A stretch of 60,432 nucleotides of DNA, the filler included. It is 3 parts of 3 records of this genome, joined end to end, with 100 filler letters (N's around TTAATTAATTAA, not from the genome) between each part and the next. Parts side by side here need not be neighbours in the genome. Positions count along the whole stretch, not along the records: positions 1 to 21,323 come from DRR723986_31969; 2 more parts are not named here. The stretch is one strand, 5' to 3'. Each line of letters opens with the position of its first letter. The stretch's first letter is position 1. The notes under the pieces were generated by a model that was not told the DNA's origin, did not search any database, and saw only the letters and a list, made by a program, of their open reading frames with translations. The position numbers and the translations under genes are program-made. Shown in pieces: positions 1 through 9,380 of the stretch.

Positions 1-1
1 A

Positions 2-496
2 GCCAAAATCTATGCAGAACTTGTAGGTGGCGGTTTGTCTTCTGATGCTTATCATATGACGGCACCACATCCTGATGGAATTGGTGTTGTTGCGGTAATG
101 AAAAATTGTTTAGAAAATGCTGGTTTAAATCCAGAAGATGTAGATCATATTAATACACACGGTACATCAACACCTTTAGGTGATGTGGCCGAATTAAAAG
201 CTATATCTGAAGTATTTGGCAGCCATGCTAAAACTATAAATATTAATTCTACTAAGTCTATGACTGGTCACTTGTTGGGTGCTGCTGGTGCTATTGAGGC
301 TATTGCTTCTATTATGGCAATGGAGCATGGCATTGTGCCACCAACAATTAACCACGAAACGGTTGACGAAAACATAGATCCAGAATTAAATTTAACACTT
401 AATAAAGCTCAGAAACGAGATATTAAAGTCGCAATGAGTAATACATTCGGATTTGGCGGTCATAACGCTTGTGTATTATTTAAAAAATTAGATTAA
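2..496 (+). CDS. fabF: Beta-ketoacyl-ACP synthase II, C-terminal part (5' end lies outside the window)
   Basis: Frame is open from base 2 (AKIYAELVGGG...). Motifs DAYHMTAP, HGTSTPLGD, KSMTGHLLGAAG, SNTFGFGGHN. Confidence 0.96.
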   Translation, partial: AKIYAELVGGGLSSDAYHMTAPHPDGIGVVAVMKNCLENAGLNPEDVDHINTHGTSTPLGDVAELKAISEVFGSHAKTININSTKSMTGHLLGAAGAIEAIASIMAMEHGIVPPTINHETVDENIDPELNLTLNKAQKRDIKVAMSNTFGFGGHNACVLFKKLD

Positions 497-503
497 ATCC
501 CGA

Positions 504-1247
504 ATGGGTTTCATTCATAACATATTGAAAAATTCCCGTTCTCATGAAGACGGGATTTTTTTTTTACAGCTTAAAAAAATTCTAGGCTTTAAGCCAAAAT
601 CTCAAACACTTTATTTAAAGGCATTTACCCATCGTTCCATGAATATAAAGGACAAGAAGGGTAACCCAATTAATTATGAGCGATTGGAATTTGTAGGTGA
701 TGCTATGTTAAGTTCTGTTATTGCAGCATACTTATTTGAACAAGTACCACATGGTGACGAAGGCTATCTCACCAAAATGCGATCTAAAGTTGTAAGTAGA
801 GAACACCTTAACGAATTGGGTAAAGATTTAGGTCTTATCAACTTAGTTAAGAGTAGAATACCAAAATCTAATTTCGGTAATAATATACACGGTAATCTAT
901 TTGAGGCTTTAGTAGGTGCTATTTATTTAGATCGCGGCTATAATTTTTGCGAAAAATTTATCTTCAAAAGAGTAATTAATCCATATGTGGATATAGAAAC
1001 ACTGGAAGGTAAGGTTATTAGCTACAAAAGTTTACTAATAGAGTGGTGTCAAAAGGAGAAGAATACTTTCGACTATGAAGTCTATGAAGATACTGGAAAA
1101 GATGAGTTAAAACACTTTTCTGTTAAGTTGAGTATTAATGATAAAGTAGTTTCAAAAGCACGTGCAACTTCTAAGAAAAAGGCTGAAGAAAAAGCCTCGA
1201 AGCGCGCATTTTTTGCGTTTCAAAAACAAATCACTAAGCATATTTAG
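504..1247 (+). CDS. rnc: Ribonuclease III
   Basis: NYERLEFVGDA signature, FEALVGAIYLD, C-terminal dsRNA-binding domain. Follows fabF as is usual in Bacteroidota. Confidence 0.96.
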   Translation: MGFIHNILKNSRSHEDGIFFLQLKKILGFKPKSQTLYLKAFTHRSMNIKDKKGNPINYERLEFVGDAMLSSVIAAYLFEQVPHGDEGYLTKMRSKVVSREHLNELGKDLGLINLVKSRIPKSNFGNNIHGNLFEALVGAIYLDRGYNFCEKFIFKRVINPYVDIETLEGKVISYKSLLIEWCQKEKNTFDYEVYEDTGKDELKHFSVKLSINDKVVSKARATSKKKAEEKASKRAFFAFQKQITKHI

Positions 1248-1369
1248 TAGTTACGCTCAAATTCTATGCAACTATAACGTTTTCGTAGTTTTTAAGGGTT
1301 AAGAATACCTAAAAGTTAATAATACTAACCTATTATTATACTATATTTACCAATCAAAGTTATATCTGT

Positions 1370-1849
1370 ATGGCTTTACACAAACTTCTGGTAGATGATT
1401 TTTATGATGATTCTTACAAACTCATTGCAGTACATTGTGGGCTAGAAGATTATCGTTTAGCTTATTTATTAAACAAAGCTTTAGGTTTAAAATTAGAGCG
1501 TAAGGATAAGGATTTAGATTTTCAGTATTTGACATCCTCTTACAGTATTTTCGAATGGAATAATGAAGCTCAATATGTAACTTGGAATTTAGTTTCTAAT
1601 GTTTGCAAGAAAGAAGAAGATAGCTTGTATAGCTCTGGAACATTATTTAAAACGAGCCAAAAAACCTTACAGACATTTCATTTGATATCAGAACATAAGA
1701 CGGTAGATTATTTTATTAAAATTTCTGATGAAATTCAGAATACAAACGAAAATATGATAATTAGTAAAATACAATCTATACCTCAAATTGTAACTTGTTA
1801 CTCGGTAGACCCGTTAAAGATAAAATCAAAAGACCATTTAATTTTTTGA
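1370..1849 (+). CDS. Conserved Flavobacteriaceae protein (IPExxxVDY-like family)
   Basis: EDYRLAYLLN N-terminus and ISEHKTVDY variant motif. Lies between rnc and pyk. Confidence 0.75.
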   Translation: MALHKLLVDDFYDDSYKLIAVHCGLEDYRLAYLLNKALGLKLERKDKDLDFQYLTSSYSIFEWNNEAQYVTWNLVSNVCKKEEDSLYSSGTLFKTSQKTLQTFHLISEHKTVDYFIKISDEIQNTNENMIISKIQSIPQIVTCYSVDPLKIKSKDHLIF

Positions 1850-1853
1850 ATTA

Positions 1854-3293
1854 ATGCCAAACAAAAAGACAAAAATAGTAGCCACATTAGGCCCTGCAAC
1901 TAGTAATAAAGAGGTTTTAAAAGCCATGTTAGATGAAGGAGCAAATGTATTTAGAATCAATTTTTCACATGCAGACTACAAAGATGTAGAGGAACGTATA
2001 AAAATGATTAGAGAGCTAAATGAAGAACATGGCTATAATGCCGCAATTTTAGGTGATTTGCAAGGTCCGAAATTGCGTGTTGGTACAATGAAAGGTGAAG
2101 TTATTGTTAACGAAGGTGACGAAATAATTTTTGCAACTGGAGAACGTTTTGAAGGAACAAAAGAACGTGTTTACATGACTTATGATAAGTTTCCTCAAGA
2201 CGCAAAACCAGGCGAACGTATACTTTTAGATGATGGAAAGTTAATTTTTGAAGTGGTTTCTACTGATGGTGTCGCTGAAGTAAAAGCAAAAGTTATACAA
2301 GGAGGGCCTCTTAAGTCTAAGAAAGGTGTCAATTTACCTAATACAAATATCTCTCAACCAGCATTAACAGAGAAAGATATTGAAGACGCTATTTTCGCAA
2401 TTAAGCAACGTGTAGATTGGATTGCATTATCCTTTGTTCGTCACGCTGAAGACTTAATGGAGTTAGAAGAATTAATTAAAGAGCATGGTGATCATAAAAT
2501 ACCAATTATTGCTAAAATAGAGAAGCCAGAAGCAGTTGAGAACATTGATAAGATTGTTGCTTATTGTGATGGCTTAATGGTGGCACGTGGTGATTTGGGA
2601 GTAGAAATTCCTGCAGAGGAAGTACCATTAATTCAAAAGAAATTGGTGTTAAGAGCCAAGCGTGCAAGAATACCTGTAATAATTGCTACTCAGATGATGG
2701 AAACAATGATTACAAGTTTAACACCCACACGTGCTGAGGTTAATGATGTAGCTAATTCAGTTATGGATGGAGCAGATGCAGTTATGCTATCTGGAGAAAC
2801 TTCTGTCGGTCAATATCCAGTACAGGTAATCCGTCAGATGTCTAATATTATTAGAAGTGTAGAAGATTCACACCTCATTGAAGTACCACAGTCTCCACCT
2901 CATATTCGTACTAAGCGTTACATTACAAAATCTATTTGCTATCATGCTGCCAATATGGCCAACGAAATTAATGCGAAAGCAATTTCAACCTTAACTAATA
3001 GTGGCTATACAGCGTTTCAAATATCGGCATGGAGACCATCTGCACACATATTAGTGTTTACTTCCAACCAACGCATATTAACACAATTAAGCTTACTTTG
3101 GGGAGTAAAGGCGTTTTACTACGACAAATTTGTAAGTACTGACGAAACTATCGAAGATGTAAATGCTATTGCTTGTAAAAAAGGATACTTAGAAGTTGGA
3201 GATATGCTTATCAGTTTAGCCGCAATGCCAATAAAAGATAGAGGTATGGTAAACACCTTACGTGTTACTGAGATTGAGAGTTGTAGTTTTTAA
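1854..3293 (+). CDS. pyk: Pyruvate kinase
   Basis: KTKIVATLGPA, RINFSH, DLQGPKLR, MVARGDLGVE, ATQMMETM, PTRAEVNDVAN, MLSGETS. Confidence 0.98.
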   Translation: MPNKKTKIVATLGPATSNKEVLKAMLDEGANVFRINFSHADYKDVEERIKMIRELNEEHGYNAAILGDLQGPKLRVGTMKGEVIVNEGDEIIFATGERFEGTKERVYMTYDKFPQDAKPGERILLDDGKLIFEVVSTDGVAEVKAKVIQGGPLKSKKGVNLPNTNISQPALTEKDIEDAIFAIKQRVDWIALSFVRHAEDLMELEELIKEHGDHKIPIIAKIEKPEAVENIDKIVAYCDGLMVARGDLGVEIPAEEVPLIQKKLVLRAKRARIPVIIATQMMETMITSLTPTRAEVNDVANSVMDGADAVMLSGETSVGQYPVQVIRQMSNIIRSVEDSHLIEVPQSPPHIRTKRYITKSICYHAANMANEINAKAISTLTNSGYTAFQISAWRPSAHILVFTSNQRILTQLSLLWGVKAFYYDKFVSTDETIEDVNAIACKKGYLEVGDMLISLAAMPIKDRGMVNTLRVTEIESCSF

Positions 3294-4254
3294 AATCAAC
3301 TCTATATATTCGGCTCGAGCCATTATCATATTTATTAATTTCAGAAAGTAAATTGTCTGCACTTCTAAAGCCATTCTCTTTTTGAGAAACGCTACTTCTG
3401 CGGCTAGTAAAGTAAAGTGTTTCATTATTCACAAAAGGACAGAATTCCATATATTCTGAGTTGATATTCTCCCCTAGATTTATAGCAGTTTGCCATATAC
3501 CATCAATGTTTTTACTAATGTACATGTCACCAGAGCCTAAAGCATCTGGTCGTCGCCAGCCACCAAAAATAATAAAGGATTCATCTGGAGAAATATAGGT
3601 ATTGTATTCTGCGCCTTTTGTATTAATTCCTTCGCCTAATAATTTTGGTTTTGTATAGGTGTTGTTTACCCAATGGCTAACAAAGATATAGTCTTGAGAC
3701 TCTAATTCTTTTTTAATGGCAGTAAAGTATAGGTTGCCGTTGCTAGCTACTGATGGGTAAAACTCATCATCTTCCGTGTTTATAGGCGCTCCAATATTCT
3801 TAGGGTCAGACCAAACTGCCGTCTTAGTTTCGCGTTCAACATACCAAATATCCATATCTTTTGTGTTGGTACTATCTATAGAAGTTGGTCGATTAGAGAC
3901 AAAATAAAGCTTCAAATTATTAGGTGATAAAAAAGGCTCTAAATCTGTGAATTGTCCAGAGAAACTGCATATCTCAGGTTCTTGCCATTTGTTATTCTCT
4001 TTTCTCATTTTCATGATAACAGAAAGCTCTCGTGCCGGACTTTGTAAGGTGAAATAAGCTTCATTCTCATCTGAATTCACTGTAAAGTCTCTTACATTGG
4101 TGTATTGAAAAAATATATCTTCTGCAAAGGGTAGCACACCATCTGACTCCTCAATTTTAGTATCTGGTTTTATAATTTTACCCTCTTTGATTTCGTTGTT
4201 TTTACAAGAAGAAAAAACTATTGTAACAAATACAATTAGGCTATAGGCTTTCAT
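3265..4254 (-). CDS. Lipoprotein with PD40/TolB-like beta-propeller repeats
   Basis: Lipobox VFSSC. Repeats such as DLEPFLSPNNLKLYFVSNR, DEFYPSVASNGNLYF, ISPDESFIIF. Confidence 0.8.
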   Translation of the reverse strand: MKAYSLIVFVTIVFSSCKNNEIKEGKIIKPDTKIEESDGVLPFAEDIFFQYTNVRDFTVNSDENEAYFTLQSPARELSVIMKMRKENNKWQEPEICSFSGQFTDLEPFLSPNNLKLYFVSNRPTSIDSTNTKDMDIWYVERETKTAVWSDPKNIGAPINTEDDEFYPSVASNGNLYFTAIKKELESQDYIFVSHWVNNTYTKPKLLGEGINTKGAEYNTYISPDESFIIFGGWRRPDALGSGDMYISKNIDGIWQTAINLGENINSEYMEFCPFVNNETLYFTSRRSSVSQKENGFRSADNLLSEINKYDNGSSRIYRVDFKNYNSQSQ

Positions 4255-4300
4255 TTTTTATTGTTTTGATTTTTCCTTTAAACTTAAGCAATTCAATAGA

Positions 4301-5410
4301 TTAAAAATCGAACTTTAACTGTACACTAACAGATGGTTGATTTTTTTCTTTAGTTTTAACCTTACTCGAATTGGTATTTAGGTTAGATAATGAGATACCG
4401 AGTAGTCTAACCGAATTTTTCAATTTATCCTGATATAATAAATCTTTAGAAGTCTCAAGAATAATTGTTTTATCACTCATGTAATAAGGTAATGTTTTGC
4501 TTCTGGTTTGTAAGGTGAAATCACTGTATTTAATTTTTAAGGTAACGGTTTTACCAGCAACATTACTTTTGTTAAGGCGCTTGGCAACCTCATCTGCTAT
4601 ATGATTAAGTTTTTCTAGCATAAAAATTTCTGAAGATAAATTTTCACTAAACGTACGTTCTGCGGCCAATGATTTTCTAATTCGATCTGGCTTTACTGGG
4701 CTGTTATGAATTCCCCTAACTATGTGATAATAAGATCTGCCAGATTTACCAAAATGTTTTTCGAGATACTCGGCAGATTTAGACTTTAAATCTTTACCAG
4801 TAAATATTCCTTTTTGGTACATTTTTTCAGCGGTTACCTTACCAATACCAAAGAATTTTCTAATATCTAAATCTTCTAAAAATTGGAGTACATCTTCAGG
4901 ATTGACCGTTTTCTGTCCATTCGGTTTATTATAATCACTCGCAATTTTAGCAATAAATTTATTTATTGAGATACCTGCCGAAGCCGTTAAGCCTACTTCA
5001 TTGTATATACGTTGTCTTATTGTCTGAGCAATTAAAGTGGCACTAGGAAGCCCAATTTTGTTTTCTGTGACATCTAAGTAGGCTTCATCGAGAGATAATG
5101 GTTCAACTAAGTCTGTATAGTCATAAAATATCTTTCTTATACGATTAGAAATTTCTTTATATCTATCAAAATCCGTTTTTACAAAAATAAGATCTGGACA
5201 CAGTTTCTCTGCTAAGCGACCAGACATAGCACTCTTAACACCAAATTTCCTAGCCTCATAACTGGCTGCACTTATAACACCTCGTTTTCCGCCACCACCA
5301 ACCGCAATAGGTTTACTTTTTAATTCTGGATTATCCATTTGCGCTACAGAGGCATAAAAAGCATCCATATCTACATGAATTATCTTTCTAATTGGTAAAT
5401 CGTTATGCAT
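4301..5410 (-). CDS. dinB: DNA polymerase IV (Y family)
   Basis: IIHVDMDAFYAS, ASYEARKFGVKSAM, SLDEAYLD, AKIASDYNKPNG. Confidence 0.97.
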   Translation of the reverse strand: MHNDLPIRKIIHVDMDAFYASVAQMDNPELKSKPIAVGGGGKRGVISAASYEARKFGVKSAMSGRLAEKLCPDLIFVKTDFDRYKEISNRIRKIFYDYTDLVEPLSLDEAYLDVTENKIGLPSATLIAQTIRQRIYNEVGLTASAGISINKFIAKIASDYNKPNGQKTVNPEDVLQFLEDLDIRKFFGIGKVTAEKMYQKGIFTGKDLKSKSAEYLEKHFGKSGRSYYHIVRGIHNSPVKPDRIRKSLAAERTFSENLSSEIFMLEKLNHIADEVAKRLNKSNVAGKTVTLKIKYSDFTLQTRSKTLPYYMSDKTIILETSKDLLYQDKLKNSVRLLGISLSNLNTNSSKVKTKEKNQPSVSVQLKFDF

Positions 5411-5453
5411 AATGTAAATTTAGGGATTAAATACCTTTTAAATAATAGCAAGT

Positions 5454-5930
5454 GTGGCTGTAGAAATAGAACGTAAATTTTTAGTTAAATCAGACGCGTT
5501 TAAGGACCAAGCATTTAATTCGTATAATATTAAGCAAGGGTTTTTAAATAGTCATAAAGAGCGAACGGTAAGAGTTAGGTTAAAAAAAGATGAAGGCATT
5601 TTAACTATAAAAGGCGAATCGTCAGAAGATGGGTTGACACGATTTGAATGGGAGAAAAAAATTTCTGAATCTGACGCGGTGGATTTGTTACAACTATGCG
5701 AAAATGGTATTATAGATAAGACGCGTTATGAAATTTCATCAGGTAAGCACACTTTTGAAGTCGATGAATTCTACGGAGATAATAAAGGATTAATTATAGC
5801 TGAGGTAGAATTAAAATCTACAGATGAAGTATTTGTAAAACCGAGTTGGCTTGGAAAAGAAGTTACTGGAGTCATCAAATATTATAATGCAGAATTAAGT
5901 AAACACCCATTTAAATCTTGGACAATATGA
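5454..5930 (+). CDS. CYTH domain protein (triphosphate tunnel metalloenzyme)
   Basis: EIERKFLV, VRVR, KTRY, EVDEF, AEVEL motifs. GTG start. Confidence 0.9.
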   Translation: MAVEIERKFLVKSDAFKDQAFNSYNIKQGFLNSHKERTVRVRLKKDEGILTIKGESSEDGLTRFEWEKKISESDAVDLLQLCENGIIDKTRYEISSGKHTFEVDEFYGDNKGLIIAEVELKSTDEVFVKPSWLGKEVTGVIKYYNAELSKHPFKSWTI

Positions 5931-6451
5931 AAAAACTGATTGTATTTTTCTTAATTTTTCTAATCGCGTGTAAGAATGAAGAAAAAACAAAGGAATCAAA
6001 ATTAATATTTGAGGAAAAAGTTGTTGATTCAACTCAAGAAAGCACAGACACAATAAAAGAACAATCCATAGCTGAGCTTAAAGCCAGTCTAGTTGGAGAA
6101 GGTTATGAGGTTTTTGATTATGTAGACGAAAAAACAAAAGACACCGTGTTAATGCAGCAATATTTTATTGCATTTCTAAAGCGTGGTCCTATAAGAAATC
6201 AGAATGAGGAAGAAGCGAGTCGGCTTCAAAGCGAGCATATGGCACATTTAGGTAAAATGTACGACTTAGGTTATGCTGATATTTCTGGACCATTTGGTGA
6301 TGATGGTGATATTAGAGGAATAACAATATATAACGTGCCCACTTTAAAAATGGCTGACAGTTTAGCTAATGCAGACCCAATGGTGAAAGCAGATCGATTA
6401 GTTATAGAAGTACATCCTTGGTGGGCTGCAAAAGGATTTCCGCTACGATGA
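5927..6451 (+). CDS. YciI-like domain lipoprotein
   Basis: ATG at 5927 overlaps the upstream stop (ATGA). Lipobox LIAC. Motifs QSEHMAH, SGPFGDDG, ADPMVK, HPWW. Confidence 0.75.
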   Translation: MKKLIVFFLIFLIACKNEEKTKESKLIFEEKVVDSTQESTDTIKEQSIAELKASLVGEGYEVFDYVDEKTKDTVLMQQYFIAFLKRGPIRNQNEEEASRLQSEHMAHLGKMYDLGYADISGPFGDDGDIRGITIYNVPTLKMADSLANADPMVKADRLVIEVHPWWAAKGFPLR

Positions 6452-6458
6452 TATAAAT

Positions 6459-6490
6459 AAAAAAAGCTCTGAAAACTCAGAGCTTTTTTT
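6459..6490. terminator. Bidirectional intrinsic terminator
   Basis: AAAAAAAGCTCTGA-AAAC-TCAGAGCTTTTTTT between convergent genes. Confidence 0.85.
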
Positions 6491-6509
6491 ATTACTTGTT
6501 GTTAAAATT

Positions 6510-8423
6510 TTATTGCGCTTGTGGACCACCACTTACTATAATAAACTCTGATCGTCTATTTAATTGGTGTTCATCATCTGTACAATTTTGTCCACACTTC
6601 ACTTTTAAGTCACTTTCGCCTTTCCCTTCAGCAGTAATTCGTGATTCATCTATACCTTTAGAAATTACATATTGTTGCGTGCTTTTTGCTCTACGCTGTG
6701 ATAATAACTGGTTATATGATTGTGGACCTCTACTATCTGTATGTGACGTAGCATTAATTACTAAATCAGGATACTTATTCATAATTTGAACAAGCTTATC
6801 TAATTCAAAAGCAGCTTGAGCTGTAATGTTAGACTTATCAAAATCAAAATAAATAGGAGCTAATTCAATTTTATCGGCAACTATTAATTTTTCTATAGGA
6901 TCTAATGAAATCTGTACATTTACTTCTTCTTCGTTACTTCCTTTAACAACAACTTTCTTGCTGTCATAATCATCAATAGTAACTTCTAATTCAGTATCTT
7001 TTTCACATTCAACAATAAACTCAGCAACACCTTCTGTATTAGAGGTTTTTGTAACAATTATATTGCCTTCAGCATCATAAAGAGAAACTGAAGCTCCACT
7101 TAATGGTTCGCGAGTTTTGTCGTCCAAGACAGTTGCTGTAACTAGCACATCACAAAGCGGTTGTAATTTCTTAAATGCATATACATCGTCACTACCTTTA
7201 CCACCTTCTCTGTTGGAGGAAACAAATCCTTCCTCTGCCTCTTCGTCAATAGTGAATGCAAAATCATCTGCGTTACTATTGATTGGAATACCTACATTTC
7301 TAATAGGGGCTATTTTACCATCAATTTCTTTTGTATAGAAAACATCCATACCACCCAGCCCTAAGTGTCCATTAGATGAAAAATAAAGGGTGTTTGTGCT
7401 ACTTATATAAGGGAACATTTCCTGCCCTTCGGTATTTACTTTCTGCCCTAAGTTTTCTGGCTCACCTAAAGAACCATCTTCGTTAATAGTAGCTTTGTAA
7501 ATATCAAAATTACCATAACCACCTGGCATATTAGATGCAAAATACATGGTCTTCCCGTCTGAACTTATTGATGGATTTTTAACGGAATAATTTTCACTAT
7601 TTACAGCTAAACTTTCTATAGTATCCCAATCAGACCCTAATTTAGTCGCTTTAAATAAATAAAGTTGACCATAACGAACCTTACTAATAGAATCTTTTGC
7701 ATAGTCCTTTTCGAAATAACTTTCTCTGGAGAAATACATTGTTTTGCCATCTGGTGCGAAAGCAACTAATCCTTCATGAAATCGTGTATTAATTTCATCA
7801 TTCATCAACGTCGCCGCTTGGTATGATCCATCTGAGTTTCTCGCCATTGAATAGATATCTAAGAAAGGCTCCTGATTCCACCCATAAATTTTACGATTGT
7901 CATTGCGGCTAGATGTAATATATAATTTACCATCGTGCATTGTGCCACCAAAATCTGATTGCTCTGAGTTAAAATCTGCATTCTGTACATTAAACTTTTT
8001 ACCTCTTTCTAATATTTTAGGTAAGTAGTCTGGATTTTTTCTGAATGCTGTTGCGCGGTCATCTGCTGGACGCATGCTGGCAAATTTTTCCATTTGCTCA
8101 TTAGATTCGGCATACTTACCGTTAGCCTTAAGCATTTGAGAATATTTATAAATCATTTCTGGCTCCTGAGATGATTCTACTGCCTTAGCATACCAACGTT
8201 CTGCCTCAACAGTATTAAAGATATTGTAGTAGCTCTCTGCCAATTGCTTGTAAACGTAGCTATCACCTTTACCGTCTTCAATAAGCTTATTGTAGCTTTC
8301 AGCTGCTTTTACAAACTCATATCTTGAGAATTGTTTGTCAGCTTTTTTGGTGTCTTTATTTTGAGCAGTTAAGCATAAACTACTCATCAACGTAATAAAT
8401 AATAATGTTTTAAAGTTTTTCAT
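6510..8423 (-). CDS. OmpA-family peptidoglycan-binding protein, PorE-like (TPR + PD40 propeller + carboxypeptidase-regulatory-like + OmpA_C)
   Basis: N-terminal TPR-like helices, PD40 repeats (PSISSDGKTMYFAS), C-terminal IYFDFDKS...SHTDSRG...YNQLLSQRRA...NRRSEF. Confidence 0.9.
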   Translation of the reverse strand: MKNFKTLLFITLMSSLCLTAQNKDTKKADKQFSRYEFVKAAESYNKLIEDGKGDSYVYKQLAESYYNIFNTVEAERWYAKAVESSQEPEMIYKYSQMLKANGKYAESNEQMEKFASMRPADDRATAFRKNPDYLPKILERGKKFNVQNADFNSEQSDFGGTMHDGKLYITSSRNDNRKIYGWNQEPFLDIYSMARNSDGSYQAATLMNDEINTRFHEGLVAFAPDGKTMYFSRESYFEKDYAKDSISKVRYGQLYLFKATKLGSDWDTIESLAVNSENYSVKNPSISSDGKTMYFASNMPGGYGNFDIYKATINEDGSLGEPENLGQKVNTEGQEMFPYISSTNTLYFSSNGHLGLGGMDVFYTKEIDGKIAPIRNVGIPINSNADDFAFTIDEEAEEGFVSSNREGGKGSDDVYAFKKLQPLCDVLVTATVLDDKTREPLSGASVSLYDAEGNIIVTKTSNTEGVAEFIVECEKDTELEVTIDDYDSKKVVVKGSNEEEVNVQISLDPIEKLIVADKIELAPIYFDFDKSNITAQAAFELDKLVQIMNKYPDLVINATSHTDSRGPQSYNQLLSQRRAKSTQQYVISKGIDESRITAEGKGESDLKVKCGQNCTDDEHQLNRRSEFIIVSGGPQAQ

Positions 8424-8444
8424 AATAGTCTTTAGCTTAACTGA

Positions 8445-9350
8445 TTAAAAGTATCTTGGTGAACGTGAAACTCGTTTTGGAAAATTAAGATCAAATAGAA
8501 GCATTACCTCGTGAGATGCAGGTGCATATGCCTTAATATCTGAAGTTACTGCATCATATGCATATCCTATTCTTAAGGAAGGAGTAATTGCAAAATTTAT
8601 TAATCCAGAAAAAGAATCATCCAATCTGTAAGATGCTCCAATTTCAAACTTTTTATAAAACCTTGCATTAACATTCACATCAAAAGATGTAGGAGCGTCA
8701 AACGCAGATTTTAACATAAATGATGGCTTAAGTTCTGTGTTAGGTGATAAGTCAAATACATAACCACCTGTTAAGAAATAATGCTGAGTTTCGGAACCTA
8801 TTTTAAAACCATTAGCATCTAAATGTACTGATGATAATAAGTTAGGTACAGATAATGATAAATAATATTTATTAGTGTAATAGAAAAATCCTGCACCAAT
8901 ATTTGGCGTTGTCTGATTTATGTTTTCACTAAAAAATGGATCTGATTCGTCAATAAGATCTAAGCCTGTTAAACCTATATCATGGAATGTTGCACCAGCC
9001 TTTATTCCAAAAGCTAATCTATGTTCACCACCTAGCTGTAAGGTGTAAGAAACATCAGCGTAAACGTTGGTTTCTTTTACTGGCCCAATTTGATCTGCAA
9101 TGAGAGATAAACCTAATCCAAGATTATTACCAATAGGTGAGTGACCAAAAAATGTACCAGTTTCTGGTGCACCGTCAATACCTGTCCATTGTGTTCTGTA
9201 TAATAACCCGAATGAGAGATTCTCTCGAGAACCTGCGTAGGCCGGATTGATTATATTCATGTTATACATGTACTGCGTGTACTGCGGATCTTGTTGTCCA
9301 TGCATTTGAAACGCCAAAAGCAAAACCGCTATTATAGAGAGTTTTTTCAT
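8445..9350 (-). CDS. Type IX secretion membrane protein, PorP/SprF family
   Basis: QQDPQYTQYMYNMNIINPAYAG N-terminus, YRTQWTG, GYAYD, SHEV, C-terminal SPRYF. Confidence 0.93.
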   Translation of the reverse strand: MKKLSIIAVLLLAFQMHGQQDPQYTQYMYNMNIINPAYAGSRENLSFGLLYRTQWTGIDGAPETGTFFGHSPIGNNLGLGLSLIADQIGPVKETNVYADVSYTLQLGGEHRLAFGIKAGATFHDIGLTGLDLIDESDPFFSENINQTTPNIGAGFFYYTNKYYLSLSVPNLLSSVHLDANGFKIGSETQHYFLTGGYVFDLSPNTELKPSFMLKSAFDAPTSFDVNVNARFYKKFEIGASYRLDDSFSGLINFAITPSLRIGYAYDAVTSDIKAYAPASHEVMLLFDLNFPKRVSRSPRYF

Positions 9351-9380
9351 GTTATATTTTAAGTTGATTCAGTTAGTCAA

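Noticed and set aside
3265-3293. 29-nt convergent overlap of pyk and the PD40 gene
   Set aside because: Short 3' overlaps are common in compact genomes, and there is no further sign of function.
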